Part shown: positions 63,719 to 64,000 of the stretch, in pieces
Position numbering within the stretch: the first letter of the stretch is position 1
Layout of the letters: each line of letters begins with the position of its first letter
The notes under the pieces: generated by a model
What the model was told of the DNA's origin: nothing
The model's input: the letters and a program-made list of their open reading frames with translations, nothing else
Database searches by the model: none
Assembly: GCF_001194135.2 (NCBI RefSeq)
Contig: NC_068992.1
Span: forward strand, 66,323,655-66,387,654
Direction of reading: 5' to 3'
Source: Octopus bimaculoides
Lineage: Eukaryota
DNA length: 64,000 nucleotides
Position numbers and translations under genes: made by a program

Positions 63719-64000
63719 ACCAAGTTAGTAGTGGGGGTGGGTGCGCTGAAAGTGTAACCGCTAGAATAAGAATAGCCTGGGCCAAGTTTAGAGAGCTCTT
63801 ACCTCTGCTGGCGACAAAGGGACTCTCACTCAGGGTAAAAGGCAGACTGTATGACGCATGTGTACGAACAGCCATGCTACATGGCAGTGAAACATGGGCT
63901 GTGACTGCTGAGGACATGCGTAAGCTCGCAAGGAATGAAGCCAGTATGCTCCGCTGGATGTGTAATGTAAATGTGCATACCCGTCAGAGTGTAAGTATCT
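63716..64000 (+). mobile_element. RTE LINE ORF2 fragment (post-RT), open frame, runs off window
   Basis: DQVSSGGGCAESVTARIRIAWAKFRELLPLLATKGLSLRVKGRLYDACVRTAMLHGSETWAVTAEDMRKLARNEASMLRWMCNV; same family as 21931-23418. Confidence 0.9.

Overview
Eukaryotic, AT-rich, microsatellite- and SINE-dense animal DNA with many N gaps. The large C2H2 gene, repeat landscape and intron style point to a coleoid cephalopod, probably Octopus (inference). Two protein-coding genes are supported. (1) The last 8 coding exons of an ASH1L/ash1 histone methyltransferase on + (766-8645: PHD finger, BAH domain, a CAG-encoded Q8-P-Q9 insert, conserved C-terminal IPGK..DVTYLLEEG motif); all splice phases were checked by hand and are consistent. 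(2) A single-coding-exon C2H2 zinc-finger gene on - (17491-18150) with an NRF1-type motif upstream. The rest is transposon-derived or simple repeat: RTE LINE fragments (one with a complete PHD finger inside the RT domain), R4/Dong-like 3' ends, a MULE transposase relic, hAT and mariner-type MITEs, a probable Helitron carrying a degenerate (TTAGGG)n tract, a composite satellite, several fold-back palindromes and many SINEs. The most notable item is a tRNA-headed SINE (60454-60905) whose tail contains a Penelope-type minimal hammerhead ribozyme motif, preceded by an inverted copy of its own tail. No rRNA, true tRNA gene or CRISPR array is supported. All identities quoted are hand counts from the sequence; no database search was run.
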